Of a stretch of 63,569 bases of DNA, positions 35,346 to 48,138 are shown in pieces. Every line of letters begins with the position of its first letter. The stretch's first letter is position 1. This stretch comes from Chiloscyllium plagiosum (lineage: Eukaryota): the NCBI RefSeq assembly GCF_004010195.1, contig NC_057750.1:16617733-16681301 (forward strand), written 5' to 3'. The translations under genes were made by a program, and so were the position numbers. The notes under the pieces were generated by a model. The model was not told the DNA's origin. It was given only the letters and a program-made list of their open reading frames with translations, and did not search any database.

Positions 35346-36829
35346 GTCTGTCGGCAGCTCTTCCAATTTTTGGCAGTAGCCCACTGATGTTGGTAATGAG
35401 AACTTTGCAAGATCAATAATGATGAGTTTGCCGCCATTGATGCTGGTTGCTGGTGGCTGGTGGCTGGTGGCCTATCAGTTCCATTCCTATTTTGAGGCTT
35501 TTTAATAATTTTGTGCAACCAGTGGCCATTTCAGACAGCAGTTTAAGGTTCATCTAGATTTCTGTGGGTTTGCAGTCACTTGTATTTCATTCAGGTAAGG
35601 ACAGCAGATTTCCTTCCCTCAAGGTCATCAGCGAATAAGGTGGGTTTTTACAATAATCTTTAATGGTCATCAATGGAATTTTTAATTCGAGAGTTTTTAA
35701 TATTCAAATTCACATCTAACAGGATGAGTTTCAAACCTGGGTCCCCAGTATTGTATTCTGTCTCACAGCAGATATACAATACACCTTTAAGGGGCATGCT
35801 CAGGATGTCACCACCATATTATACCATGTGACCTAATGGTATAAAATTCTCAATCTCCATTATATCGAGCTCTGACCTCTTGAAGTGTGGCACACTGAGG
35901 GAAGTATGCCACTGTGCATCTGAATTGCTTAGCCTGAGCCCAGATTAGTAAGTGCCTGTGATTGCATTGTATGTAAATTAGTAAATGTCAGTCACTGTAA
36001 TAAAGGTTCATTGAGTTATTCAGCACTATGTGACCATATCACATGTTTAAGTTATGGGAGCTAATGTAAGTGTCACAATGTAATAGTTGGAGATTATCAT
36101 TTATCATGCCATACATCACTCAGAGTCTTAGCTTGTTCTCTGGATTACTAGTCCTATCACCTCCACAGTGATCCCACTTCACTCTTACATCTCACAGTCT
36201 CTCCTCGTCCCTCTGCTAAAGTGATTCCACAGAAACCATATTGAATAATAGACTCAAGCTTCCACCAATGCAAACTTAAATTAGGCAGGCCTTAACTTCC
36301 TATTTAGTTACTAATAAACCCTTTCACTCATTATCCAATGATGAAATTAAGGAGATTGACATGCAGTGCTGTGTGCAAGGTCATGCTCTTTCACCCTTGT
36401 TGGGCCTCTGTCTCCCTGTTATCTTGTTCCCAGGAAGTGATTAATTTCCAGGGGTCACTGGACAACACACTGATGGCTACAGTCTTCACGTCTGGCAATG
36501 GGATTGTAGACTGTCTCTGTGTTGACATGGGAGGAGAGGCTCCTGAATCCCCTAGTGCCAGGGGCAGGAGGGGCCTGGCAGCTGCATGTCACTGCACTTC
36601 CTAATTCTATCAGTTTGACAAATCTGTGTGCTGCCACTGAGCTGCTGGTACAGCTGCTGTAGGATGACCGTGAAATTAGCTCCGGTGAGACTAATCTGTT
36701 GGAAAAATGTTTTTATTCGAGGGAATATGGTTTCCAGGGCATCAAACAAAAACTCCTTACTACAGAAAAAGGCCCTTCCATTTCTGAAGAATCTTTCATA
36801 ATCTTGTGAAGTGCCGAAGCGCATTATAG

Positions 36830-37170
36830 GCTATGAACTATTTTCCATTGTATCATCAATGTTGTTATGTAGGAATTCCCAGCCAGTTTGTATACAGCAA
36901 GCTCCCACATACAGTCAGGGTTAATGACCAGATCATCTGTTTTAGATGATGTTTGATTAGGGGTAACGCCAGGCCAGGATCTGGTGAAAACTCCCATGCT
37001 CACTTTGAATAATGCCAAGGGATAATTGATCAGTCCTCTGCTTAATGTCTCATCCAATACAATGCAACACTCCCTCACTACTGCATTGGAGAGTTAGGAT
37101 TGTTTTTTTTTGTCCACTTTTCCAAAAAAACAATGGTTTGTTTCCAGAGATGAAAGTGCTCTGCAATGAC
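36830..37170 (-). mobile_element. Deu-domain SINE
   Basis: cagccagtttgtatacagcaagctcccaca...aatgaccagatcatctgt...caacactccctcactactgca. Confidence 0.65.
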
Positions 37171-37437
37171 AGTGACCCAGGAGCACCATGATTGACCAAA
37201 TTGGTCAAGTCCTAGACTGCAGTGCAGAAAATCTTCAAATATCTACCCTAGTGTCAGGATCTAGGATTATGTGTGTGTTGTTAACAGGAAGCACCGCTGC
37301 AACTCACCAAGGCTTCCTTGACAGCACCTCCCTAATCGCCAAGAAGGACAAGAGCAACATTCTTCTGAGAATACCACCGTCTCCAAGTTTGTCTCCAACT
37401 TAATTTTGTGTTCCATCCTGACTGGAACATATATCTT

Positions 37438-37575
37438 AGCAAGTTTTGAGAAGATTTGCTGAGGTTCTGGGTGTAGATTTGCTCGCTGATCTGGGAGTCT
37501 CATTTGCGGACATTTCGTCACCCGCCTAGGCAACATCTTCAGGCAAAGCAGTGTACGTGATTCCTGCTTTCTGTT
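37438..37575 (-). mobile_element. PLE family D remnant with hammerhead core (37509-37542), inserted in LINE family 2 3' end
   Basis: Reverse complement CTGAAGA-t-gttgcct-aggc-gggtgac-GAAA-tg-TC; flanked by tatatctt at 37430-37437 and 37576-37583. Confidence 0.7.
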
Positions 37576-37682
37576 TATATCTTTGGGTTGGTTCCTTCAT
37601 TGTCTCTGAGCTTTTATCCTGGAATTCCCTATTGAACAATGCTCTGTCAACCGGACAGACCAAAACTGCTTAGGAAGAAGCA

Positions 37683-38212
37683 AAATTCTGGTCTCCTTCC
37701 TATCGGAAAGATGTTGTGAAACTTGAAAGGGTTCAGAAAAGATTTACAAGGATGTTGCCAGGGTTGGAGGATTTGAGCTATAGGGAAGAGGCTGAACAGG
37801 CTGGGGCTGTTTTCCCTGGAGTGTCGGAAGCTGAGGGGTAATCTTATAGAGTTTTACAAAATTATGAGGGGCATGGATAGGGTAAAGTCTTTTCCCTGGG
37901 GTCAGGGGGTCCAGAACTAGAGGGCATAGGTTTAGGAGGAGAGGGGCAAGATATAAAAGAGACCTATGGGGCAACTTTTTCACACAGAGGGTGGTACGTG
38001 TATGGAATGAGCTACCAGAGGAAGTGTTGGAGGCTGGTACAATTGCGACATTTAAGAGGCATTTGGATGGGTATATGAATAGGAAGGGTTTGGAGGGATA
38101 TGGGCTGGGTGCTGACAGTGGGACGAGATTGGGTTGGGATATCTGGTCAACATGGACAGGTTGGACCGAAGGGTCTGTTTCCATGCTGTACATGTCTATG
38201 ACTCAATGAGTC
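37683..38212 (+). mobile_element. Young CR1 3' end
   Basis: Closely matches 10905-11445; VRVWNELPEEVLEAGTIATFKRHLDGYMNRKG. Confidence 0.95.
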
Positions 38213-38257
38213 AAAGAATGTTGCAGTGACTCAGCAAGTTCTGGCAGAGAGAACTCA

Positions 38258-38370
38258 TTTCTGAAAAAGCGTCAGGACTTGGGCCGTTCACTCTGCTTCT
38301 CTCTCCGCAGACGCTGCCAGACCTGCTGAGTTATATGTTTCAGATTTCCAGCATCTGCAGTATTTCGCAT
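38258..38370 (+). mobile_element. PLE family C remnant
   Basis: ctctccgcagacgctgccagacctgctgag...cagatttccagcatctgcagt. Confidence 0.65.
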
Positions 38371-38669
38371 TCACAAACTGTTTCGAAAGATTGCCCAGCA
38401 CTGACACCCTCTCAAGGGCAACAAGTGCTAGCTGTGCCCATGGCACCTACTAGAGCATGAATAAAAAATAAAATTGCAGGTGAGGTAGATATCTGTCACC
38501 AAGCAAAGAGAATTTATCAGTTTTATAATGGAAGACCTGCGATTTGACTCTATTTGAATGTCAATATCAGATGTCTATGTTAGCTTTCACCACAGCATCT
38601 GTTAACCTTGTACAATGTAGACTGTATTATAGCCGCAACGGCAACTGGTGTTTTGTGCTTGAATCACTT

Positions 38670-39000
38670 GTCAGAGGACTTTTAATCTAGAGGCTCAGGC
38701 TAATGCTCTGGGGCATAGGTTCAAATCCTACCATAGCAGCTGATGGGATTTAAAATCAATTAATAAATCTGGAATATAATACCTGTCTCAGAAATGGTCA
38801 CCATCAATGTCATCCATGGTTATAAAAAAACCCATCTGGAGGGAAATCTGCCTCCAATACCCAGTCTGACCTACATGTGGCTCCAGATCCACCTCAATGT
38901 AGTTGTCCCTTAAACTGCCTAGCAACAGTTCAGTTAAAGGACAATTAGGGATGGGTAACAAATGCTGACCTTGACATCGACAACCACATCCCAACAAAAA
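38670..39000 (+). mobile_element. tRNA-like SINE family 3
   Basis: aggctaatgctctggggcataggttcaaatcctacca...cctacatgtggctccaga...caattagggatgggtaacaaatgctg. Confidence 0.75.
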
Positions 39001-39084
39001 TTAAAGGCAGTATAAACTTTGCAATTATGGGATGAGGGATTTCACTGAAAGTGGAGAGACTGCAGAAGCTGAGATTGATTTCCT

Positions 39085-39208
39085 AGATGTGGAGGTGCTG
39101 GTGTTAGAGGGGTGGACAAGGTCAGAAGACACACAACACCAGGTTCTAGTCCAACGGGTTTATTTGAAATCACAAGCTTTTGGAGTGCTGTTGCTTTGTC
39201 AGGTGATG
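39085..39208 (-). mobile_element. PLE family B remnant
   Basis: ggggtggacaaggtcagaagacacacaacaccaggttctagtccaacgggtttattt. Confidence 0.75.
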
Positions 39209-40149
39209 TCAGGAGAAAGTTGAGGGGAGACCAAAGAGAATGGTTCAACATTGTAAAGGGTTTTGTTAGAGTAGATAAGGGGAAGTTGCTTACAGGGTCA
39301 AGAGGATTGATAACATTACAGGACAAAGATCTAGGATAATTAGCAAAAGAACCAGTGGGAAGAAGAGGAGAATTGTTCATGCAACAAGTTTTTTTGATCT
39401 AGCTGAAGTGATCTGCCTAAGGGCACTTGCACTGCTCCTTTCACTTTGCAGTCTTACACTTTCCTCTCTCGACAAGTCTTCCACTTTCAGTTATAAGTTA
39501 TTGAACATTATCATTCTCTTCTCTCTTATGGTCCACATGTCTCTAATCTTCCTTTGATCATCTCCTTCAGTAAATGCCCAGACCTTAAAATGGGAACAGC
39601 CCAACTTTGTGGCCTTTTCATGATGATGTATTCACCACAATCTACCCGCCTCCAATATCCTGAGGACCTCTTCATTGATCTTATGGTCTCATCCCTCAAC
39701 AGAAATACATTTTCAAACTTCCTTATTTTTGTACATGCACCTTCCTCAAAGACAGTGTTTCAGCCCGGGACAAGGAGTAGTTTGAAATCACAGTCTTGGT
39801 AATACTTTTCTTGACATACGAACATGAGAGATAGGAGACCATTCGGCCCCATTGATAATGTTGCACCATTCAATATAATCATAGCTGATCCTGTGTTTCA
39901 ACTCCCCATCCTCCTGCCTACATCCCATATCCCTCAAATCCCTCAGAGAATTTCAGTGGAAATGAAGGTAATTAGTAACTGCAATTCCCTCCAGGGATCC
40001 TAATCACTGCTGCACAATTGCTGTTAAACTCTCTGTTCCTTCCTGTCCTACCCTACCTGTCGTTACCCACATTGTTTTGTTGCCTCAACCTTTTTCTTTG
40101 GATTACTAAGTATCCTTTCTCTTCCCTCTTTCCCTCCAATTGTTCAAAG

Positions 40150-40900
40150 TCCTGTGCAGCGCTCTAGTTATACATTTAACCAGCACACTAATCCCAGCCT
40201 AGTTTAAGTAAAGTCCATCTCCACAGCATAGCTGTCGCTAGTGTATTAGGGCCCTGAATTAAAATCCATTCTTCCCACACCACTCTGAGTTGTACACTTA
40301 GTTCTCCAATATGTTTGACCCCATGCCAAATATCACATGGATAAAGTTAAAAATCACACAACACCAGGTTATAGTCCAACAGGTTTATTTGGAAGCACTA
40401 GCTTTCAGAGCGCTGCTTCTTCATCAGGTGGTTGTGGAGCAGACCAAAAGACACAGAATTTACAGCAAAAGATTCTACGTCTTATGGTCCTGCTCCACAG
40501 CTACCCGATAAAGGAGCAGCACTCTGAAAGCTTGTGCTTCCAAATAAATCTGTTGGACTATAACCTGGTGTTGTGTGACTTTTAACTTTCTTTGCCCCAG
40601 TCCAACACTGGCTCCTCCACATTATAAATATCTTGTGGATTAAGCAACAGTCCAAAATTGTCTATCTTTGTTATTCCGTGTTTTAATTTGGTCCCTAAGT
40701 CCCCAAACCTTCCCAGCAGGACATCATTTCTGGTTCTACCCATATCACTGATTCCAAAGCGGATTACAAACTGGATCCTTGCTGTCCCACTCCACTTTCC
40801 TCTCCAACTCTGAGGAGATGTCCTTAACTCTGGAGCTCAGATGGGTTGGGGATAATGCAGTGAAGATTGAGACTGTAGCTTGAGGTATTTTCCCAGTGAA
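40150..40900 (-). mobile_element. Old CR1 ORF1 remnant
   Basis: Resembles antisense CR1 esterase region (cf. 1-420): ccattcttcccacaccactctgag...gaggagatgtccttaactctgg. Confidence 0.5.
40338..40625. mobile_element. PLE family B fold-back mini-element
   Basis: aaagttaaaaatcacacaacaccaggttatagtccaacagg ... ctgttggactataacctggtgttgtgtgacttttaacttt; hammerhead-like core in each arm. Confidence 0.85.
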
Positions 40901-40929
40901 CCAATAATCACAAGGTGAGATACAATTCT

Positions 40930-41265
40930 GGGATGGTAGCTCAGTGGTTAGCACAGCTGCCTCACAACACTGGGACCCAGGTTCGATTCAAGCGACTGTC
41001 TGTGTGGAGTTTGCACATTCTCTCTGTGTCTGCATGTGTTTCCTCTGTGTGCTCCGGTTTCCTCCCACTGTCCAAAGATGTGCAGGTTCAGGTAAATTGC
41101 CCCATAGTGTCCAGGGATGTGAAGCCATAGTAAATGTGGAGTTACAGAGATGGGGTGTGTAGGGGTGAGGTGGGTCTGGGTGGGATGGTCTTCGGAGGGT
41201 CAGTGTGGACTTGATGGGCTGAATGGCCTGCTTCCACACTGTAGGGGTTCTATGATTCTATGAAA
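40930..41265 (+). mobile_element. HE1 SINE
   Basis: ggtagctcagtggttagcac...V-domain...ttctatgattcta tail. Confidence 0.9.
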
Positions 41266-41641
41266 GTTGCCAAAAACTTTCCGATCCACCTCTGATTTAT
41301 CTGCTGCCCCTATAATACAGTTGAGAGGGCATCAGTTTTATTTCAGATTTCTTCCTTTGGTTATCTACACCATTTGACATTTAGATGGTCCTCTGTAATC
41401 TGCATTTAAACAGCGATACTATTCCAATCTACTTCTCCCACATCCGATGAAGGTTCATCGTTGCTTAACCAATAATTCGTTGGTGGGAAAAGATTGGAAT
41501 ACATGCAGGTTAAACTAACATTAGGAGTAGCCATTTAAGTGGTCTACTGCTGAGACCACTTTTCCAGCATTCTATTTCCAGCAAAATAGAATGCTGGAAA
41601 AAAGCTCTGCTGCAAGAATAGAATTTGAACTTCGTGAACAA

Positions 41642-41932
41642 TGGGCGGCACGGTGGCTCAGTGATTAGCACTACTACCTCACAGGGACCCAGGTTCGATT
41701 CCTGCCTTGGGTAACTGACTGTCTGGAGTTTGCACGTTCTTCCCATATCTCCGTGTGCTCTGGTTTCCTCCCACAATCCAAAGATGTGCCGGTTAGGTGA
41801 ATTGGTCATGCTAAATTGTCCATAGTCGGGTGAATATGGGGAATGGGTCTGGATGGGTTACTCTTTGGAGGGTTGGTATGGACTTGTTGGGCTGAAGGGC
41901 CTGTTTCCATACTGTCAGGAATCTAATCTAAA
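41642..41932 (+). mobile_element. HE1 SINE
   Basis: gggcggcacggtggctcagtgattagc...aatctaatctaaaa. Confidence 0.9.
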
Positions 41933-42049
41933 ACAAGCTTGAGTTGGGGGGGAAATATGCTGAGGTGATACGCAGAATCTGTGAGGTGTGGCCTTTCACG
42001 TCTAACCCTGTGATTAAGCCTAGACTATACTGGTGTGTGTATGTTTTTG

Positions 42050-42300
42050 ATGTGAAATGGTGGCCATGCTTCCATTTGCTGGGCTCCAAGATCTGAAATT
42101 CCCTCTCTAATCTTTCCACCTGTCGACTCTTTCTTTCACCTTCCTGTTTTAAGACTCTCCTTACAACATACATCTTCAACTAAGCTTTTGGTTATCTGAC
42201 CGAATATCTCCCTATGTGGCTGAAGAACACTTTCTTTTATAATGTTCCTGTGAAACTTTCTGGGATGTTTCAATATGCTAAAGGTGCTAGATCAATTAAC
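42050..42300 (+). mobile_element. L2-type LINE 3' end
   Basis: tctgaaattccctctctaa...tttaagactctcctta...aagcttttggtta...taaaggtgcta. Confidence 0.6.
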
Positions 42301-42534
42301 TTGGTTTGTGTTGAAATGCATTTAGGCAGTTTTCATTCCTGATGGGGGGGAGCTGGTTTTGTAATTGACGTTATGTTAACGATGTGTTTTATCATCTTCC
42401 CTCTCACCCCTTCCCACCTCCCCAAATTACTTTGCCACATTGAAAGTTGAGGTTGGTAGGGTGGGGAGGTTTGTCAACAGGCCATTCCTCTGAGAGGCTG
42501 CCGTGGGTACCTGACGAAAAGGAAAATATCGATA

Positions 42535-43046
42535 CAGAGGAACCTCGATTATCTGAACGAGTTGGGCGGGCACTATTTCATTTGGATAATTGATTATTCG
42601 GTTAATTGATTCAATGCCTCACCTCTGGGGCTCAGAGTTTTCTGAAGTTTCCTTTTTCCTCAGTCTGTCTGCCTTGCTCCCTCTGTCTCAGGGTTTGATT
42701 CTGAGCAGACACATAGTGTAATGGACCTGCAGCATTGCTGAAGCCTCGCCCCTTAAGTTCAATGGGATTGACACAGCGAGCACTTGCTAAGTCCGCTCCC
42801 CATTCAGGAGACTAGGCAGCAGCAGCAGCAGCAGACCGTATGTGAGCAAACCCCCCCCCGCCACAACCGTCGACCCGGCCTTGGCAGTATTTCAGTGAGC
42901 CTAGTTCATTTTTAATCATTGTAAACGAAAGATGCGATCAGTGTTGAAACACCTCTTTGATGTCATGTTTCTACTGGGACCTTGAAATCTTCTTTGGATA
43001 ATCCGAAATTTGGATAATTGATATTCGGATAATCGAGGTTCCTCTG
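42535..43046. mobile_element. Non-autonomous Tigger/pogo-type (Tc1/mariner) DNA transposon (MITE)
   Basis: 23-bp TIR cagaggaacctcgattatc(t/c)gaa (22/23 match), TA on left and CA on right, subterminal ggataat repeats. Confidence 0.85.
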
Positions 43047-43751
43047 CATATGTTTTTATACTTCATAGTGTTTTATAGCCAATACTGTACTTCTGAAGTG
43101 TCATATTGCAGGACACATGGCAACCAATTTGGGCACTACAGAATCCTGCAACCAAGCGTGACATATTGATGTCCTGACCTGCCTCAGTTATCTTGGTTGA
43201 GCATTGATTATTGGCCAGGACGCTGGGGGATTCCCCACTGCTCTCCTTTGAAATTATGGGAATCCTTGTATGTCTCTCCAATAGGGCCGATGGAATCTTG
43301 GGTCTGCCATGTACGCCACTGCCTTCAGAGAAGCAATTGGCAACTGAGAATAAAACTCATGTCCAACCTTCTCAATGTCACCATATTCAATGCTCATAAT
43401 GACCTCAGCACAGTCACAAAGTACAGTGAACATTCCATGGTTTTTCATTACAGGTTGAAGTAAGGTTGGTGATTGCAAGTTTTTTTTAATTTGTGAAGGC
43501 TTGAGTAATCCATGATTTCAGATGTCACAGTTGTTTGTTCTTGTCGTTTTCTGTTGGATGTGTCTATAACTGTTTCTATTCTGAATTTCCTTCTCTAAAT
43601 ATTGTCACCATTTTTGCGCAGTCCACTACCCAGGTTCCTTTGCTACCAATGCCTCAAAAGCCTCACCTTCCGAGAGTTGCTGAGAAATCAGTTTCAGTCT
43701 TCACCCTTCTCTGTAGATTTCTGAAGACAAAACGTGGCCAGGGATCCATTA

Positions 43752-44008
43752 GGAAAAAATGGGACCTGCAAGATGCTGGAGATCAGAGTCGAAATGTGTG
43801 GTGCTGGAAAAGCACAGCAGTTCAAGCAGCATCTGAGGAGCAGGAAAGTCGACATTTCGAGCATGATCTCCTCGTCAGGAATGTGGGGGAGGCCCAAGGA
43901 GGCTGAGAGATAAATGGGAGGGGTGGGGGAGGGGCGCGTGAACTAGCTGGGAATGTGATAGGTAGATGAAGGTGGGGGGGTGATGGTGATAGGTCAGAGA
44001 GGAGGGGA
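43752..44008 (-). mobile_element. PLE family A terminal repeat
   Basis: agatgctggagatcagagtcga..gtggtgctggaaaagcacagcag..aaagtcgacatttcgagcatgatctcctcgtcagg, then purine-rich segment. Confidence 0.82.
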
Positions 44009-44934
44009 TCCACTGCCTTGAGGAAAGCTGCAGCATTTATGTATGACAATGCAGGATAATCAACAAAACCGTTAGAAATGGGCAGTGGGAAGCTTCTAGA
44101 ACTTCACTCACCTTGCTCAAGGCTGAATCATCAGTTAATCAGCTAAAGTGCAGCTTCACTGTCTGCTAATTCAGGATTACTCCACTCTATCAGTTTGACT
44201 TCCTGCTCCTTTATACTATCTCAGTGCGTTCCTCAGGACTTAAGTGGGTTTATTATTGTTGCATTAGTACAGCGAACAACCAAAACAACTTGCATTTATA
44301 CTCAGAATCACGGAATCAGTGGCTTGCAATGGTTAAAGGGAAAGACCATTCACCCATCGTGTGTGCACAGGCCCTCTAAATGAGCATCATACCTCTATTA
44401 TTATCCTTGCAATTTCCTGTTTTAATTAACCAGCCTGTGGCTTCTTGATAATCTCAATTGAACCTGCCTCCTCCAAGCTTCTAGGTTGTCTTCAAGAGGG
44501 CATTAACTGCCTTTGTTGGCAGCAAGAGGGAGGCAGGTGGGAAGGCAGTGCGTTCTTACCCGCCACTGTTCTACTCAATTAAGTGCCCTCCCTGCCACCA
44601 AGCTGCCCAACAGGAGAGGCCATAAATGTCACCCAAGCAGTTGTGAGGCTGTAAAAAGATTAGAATGCAAGGCTGAGAATTTCGATTTTGGGTTTTCAGA
44701 TCTGGGAGCCGCTGTGAGTTGTCAAACATGAGGGTTTTTTGTGGATGGGATGTGGACAGTACAATTTTGGATAAACCAAGTTTTAAGAGATTATGGATGG
44801 TGGGAGATCACAATGATGTTGGAGTATTCAAGTCTGGAGGTATCAATGGGTTGTGGCTTTCAGCAAGAAGTGGGTGGAATTTGGCAGTCTTCCATGGTGG
44901 TGAGGACATAGGGGTCAGAATGTCACCTTTGAAA

Positions 44935-45460
44935 CATCGAATCATGGAAAATAGAAGTAGGAAAAGGCCATTTGGCCCATCAAGCCTGCCTCACCATTCA
45001 ACTTGATTGTAGTTGATGGTCTATGTAACACCATTTTCCTGCTCTCTTCCCATACCTCTTGACACTGTTGGCTTCTAGAAATCTGTATCTCTTCCTTAAA
45101 TAGTTCAGTGAGTTGGCCTCCACAACCCTCTCAGGTAGAGAATTCCAGGCTCACCAACCTTTGAGTGAATATATTTCTCTTCATCTCAGCACCAAATGGC
45201 CTATTCCATATTTTGAGGTCACAACCTCTTGATCTGTACTCCTGAACAATGGAAACATGATTGCTACATCCAGGTTCTTCAACCTTGTCAAAATTTTATA
45301 TATTTCAATGCGATTCTCTCTCATTCTTCTAAACTTCAGTGAATACAGGCTCAGTCAACCCAGTATCTCCTTATGTGACAAACTCACCATCGCAAAAATC
45401 AGCCCGATAAACCAGCACTGCACTCTCTCCATGGTGTATGTTTGCTTTATCATGGTCAAA
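44935..45460 (-). mobile_element. Old CR1 3' region
   Basis: aggccatttggcccatcaagcctgc...ggtagagaattccag...attcttctaaacttcagtgaatacaggc. Confidence 0.7.
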
Positions 45461-46121
45461 TAAGATATGGAAGAGTGTGCACCCAGTGTCAGCAGAGGTC
45501 TGAAACCAGTGCTAGTGAAATGCTGTTTCAATCTAGAATCATTGGCAATAACTTTGGACTTCCCAATTGCTAATTGTAGGGCCTCTCAGTTTGCCCAGTT
45601 GTGCATAGTGGATGAGCAGCATGACAGATCAGATACAGTGGTGGCGACAAGGGATGTTCTGCATCTGGGATGTGAGCAATGGCCTGTAGTGTGTGATCAC
45701 ACATTAAAACAAACAGCACATGAACTGTACAGTAAACTTCCTCAGCTTTGGCCTGAGGTTGCAAACTGCATCAAAACAGGATGCAGATTGAAAAATAACA
45801 ATTAGGAGTTGTTTAAGGCGAGCTAATGATAAAAAAGAAACCCACAGAAGATTCTTGGCTCCATAACAGACAGTAAATATTTTATTCCGTAAGTACTGCA
45901 ATCGTGTATCGAGTGCGCCATTCTGAACCTAGTGAGCTTGATGTCAAGTGCACAAACCCTTGTAGGTGATCTGCCATCTTGGTTTGATGGACTTGTGATG
46001 TTTCCAAAACTTGTAACACTTTACCTTATTTGCTGCTTCTGACACTGACAGTCCTGTGCACTCTTGAGGATCTGCTGCACTGTTGGAGGAATTGCCTTTC
46101 AGGTGGAATTTGTTTCAGAGA

Positions 46122-46331
46122 AAGTGAGGACTGCAGATGCTGGAGATCAGAGTCGAGAGTGTGGTGCTAGAAAAGCACAGCAGGTCAGGCAGCATCCAGG
46201 GAACAGGCGAATCGATGTTTCGGGCAAGGGCCCTTCATAAGGAATGAGTTGGGCTTTTGCCTGAAACGTCCATTCTCTGCTGCTCAGATGCTGCCTGACC
46301 TGCTGTGCTTTTCCAGCACCATACTCTCGAC
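46122..46331. mobile_element. PLE family A fold-back mini-element
   Basis: Inverted arms centred ~46240 (same cataaggaatga junction as the 21548 copy); TSD tttgtttc(a/t)gaga 46109-46121 and 46332-46344. Confidence 0.87.
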
Positions 46332-46479
46332 TTTGTTTCTGAGAGTTCGCCCCTTGGGACCATGGCTGTAAATAATTACAATATGAGGAAAGGAGTGATA
46401 TGAAGGGGATGGGGGAGCTGGTTGTAAGATGCAGGTTAGACAGATTGCATGATACGCTAATGCATCAGCACAGGATGTA

Positions 46480-47660
46480 GAAATGTAGAAGTCAGAGTAG
46501 GCTATTCAGGTCATTGAGCCTGCTCCACCATTCAGTTAGATCATTTGATCAGCTACCTCAGTCCACCTTCCAGTGCTTTCCCTCTATCCCTTGGAGTCAT
46601 TAATATCCAGAATGCTATTGGTTTCTGTCTGAAGCCTGCTCAATTATTGAGCTTGCACAACCCCCTCGAGTGGATAATTCCAAAAATTAACCATCTTCTG
46701 AGTGAAGAAATTCCTCCCCTCCTCAGGATACTCCTGAGGAGAAGGGTGTTCGAGGAGAGCAACATCAGCTCTGACACCAAACTCATGGTTTCCAGAGTTG
46801 AGGTGGTTCCCACCCTCCTATATAGCTCTGAGATGTGTAATGGCATTACAGCAGTATCACCAACACTGCCTGGACAAGATCCTGCAAATCCGCTGGGAGG
46901 ACCAAAACACCAACACCAGCATCCTTGATCAGGCCAATATCCCTAGCATCGAGGCACTGAAACCCCCCTTGATCAACTGCAATGGGCTCTGCATGTCGTC
47001 CCCATGACTGACAAGAGACTCTCCAAGCAGGTGCTCTACTCCCAGCTCTGAAACGGCAGGTGAGCCCCAGGTGGACAGAGGAAGTGTTTCAGGGATACCC
47101 TCAAGGCTTCACTGGTGAAGATACCTGGGAATCATTAGCCCAAGACCATCCAAAGTGGTGGAAGAGCATCTGGAAGGTGGTGAGCACCTCAAGATTTGCC
47201 ATTGAGAAAACAGCATGATGAGCACGCTGCCATAATAAAGCCTCACCCATGCCTTCCCATGACCAGCATCAGCTCCAAGTGTAACAGAGCCTGCAGAAGC
47301 CGTATTGGTCTGTTCAGCCACCTACAGACTCATCTTGAGAGTGGAAGGGTGTCATCTCCGTCTGTGAGGGACCACCAATGATGCTGATGATGGCCCCTTA
47401 TCCTGAGATTATGTCCCCTGGTTCAAAGCAAAAAGCCAATCCACATCTATTCTTTCATGCCGGGTATGAATTTTGTAAATTTTAATGAGATAACCACTTG
47501 GTTTTCAACAATTTAGAGAATGTAAGCCCCATTTCCTCATCTCCCCTCCTGCAATTCCAGGGATTAGTCTGGTAAATCCATGTTGCACTCTTTTCCTCAA
47601 ATAAGGAGACTAAAACTGAGCACAATACTTCACGTGCATTCTCACCGAAGGTCTGTACAA
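46480..47660 (-). mobile_element. Old CR1 3' region split by RTE insertion
   Basis: gagcctgctccaccattca...gagtgaagaaattcctcc [RTE] ccccttatcctgagattatgtcccctggtt...aggagactaaaactgagcacaatact. Confidence 0.7.
46725..47392 (+). mobile_element. RTE-clade LINE 3' fragment
   Basis: LRRRVFEESNISSDTKLMVSRVEVVPTLLYSSE / LQQYHQHCLDKILQIRWEDQNTNTSILDQANIPSIEAL / KCNRACRSRIGLFSHLQTH; (atg)n-like tail. Confidence 0.85.
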
Positions 47661-48138
47661 TTGCAGGAAGATATTTTTATTACCGTCCTGCCCCAGTCCA
47701 ACACCGTTACCTCCACATTGTTACTGTAACTAAAATCATGTTGAAATGTCACATGACCTTGTCGTGTTTGTAGCCTCATGACAAGATGAAGCCACAGTAT
47801 GGTGAGTTTCTTAAACAAAGCTAATATTTTCTTTAATTTAGAAGGCTCTCTTAAATATACTTCAGTAGCACTTTGAAACTAAGAATAGAGAGGGCAAGGG
47901 AGTTTTCCCTGGAGTCCTGGGCAATAGTTATCCCTCAACTAAAACCCAGAAAGAGGATTATTTGATAATTCAACATTCAACTGCACCATCCTCCATTGTG
48001 TGCACGATGTTGTGAATTGTTGTGTGACCACATATACTTTGGGAACTGGCGATCATTTTTTCAATGGCATTTGCAGATTATTTGCTGTGTGGAAATTGGC
48101 TGCTGGATTTCCTGCACAGTCAGCAACATGTAGACCAG

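Noticed and set aside
45467..45805. 112-aa ORF in unique sequence
   Set aside because: No recognisable homology or convincing splice sites.
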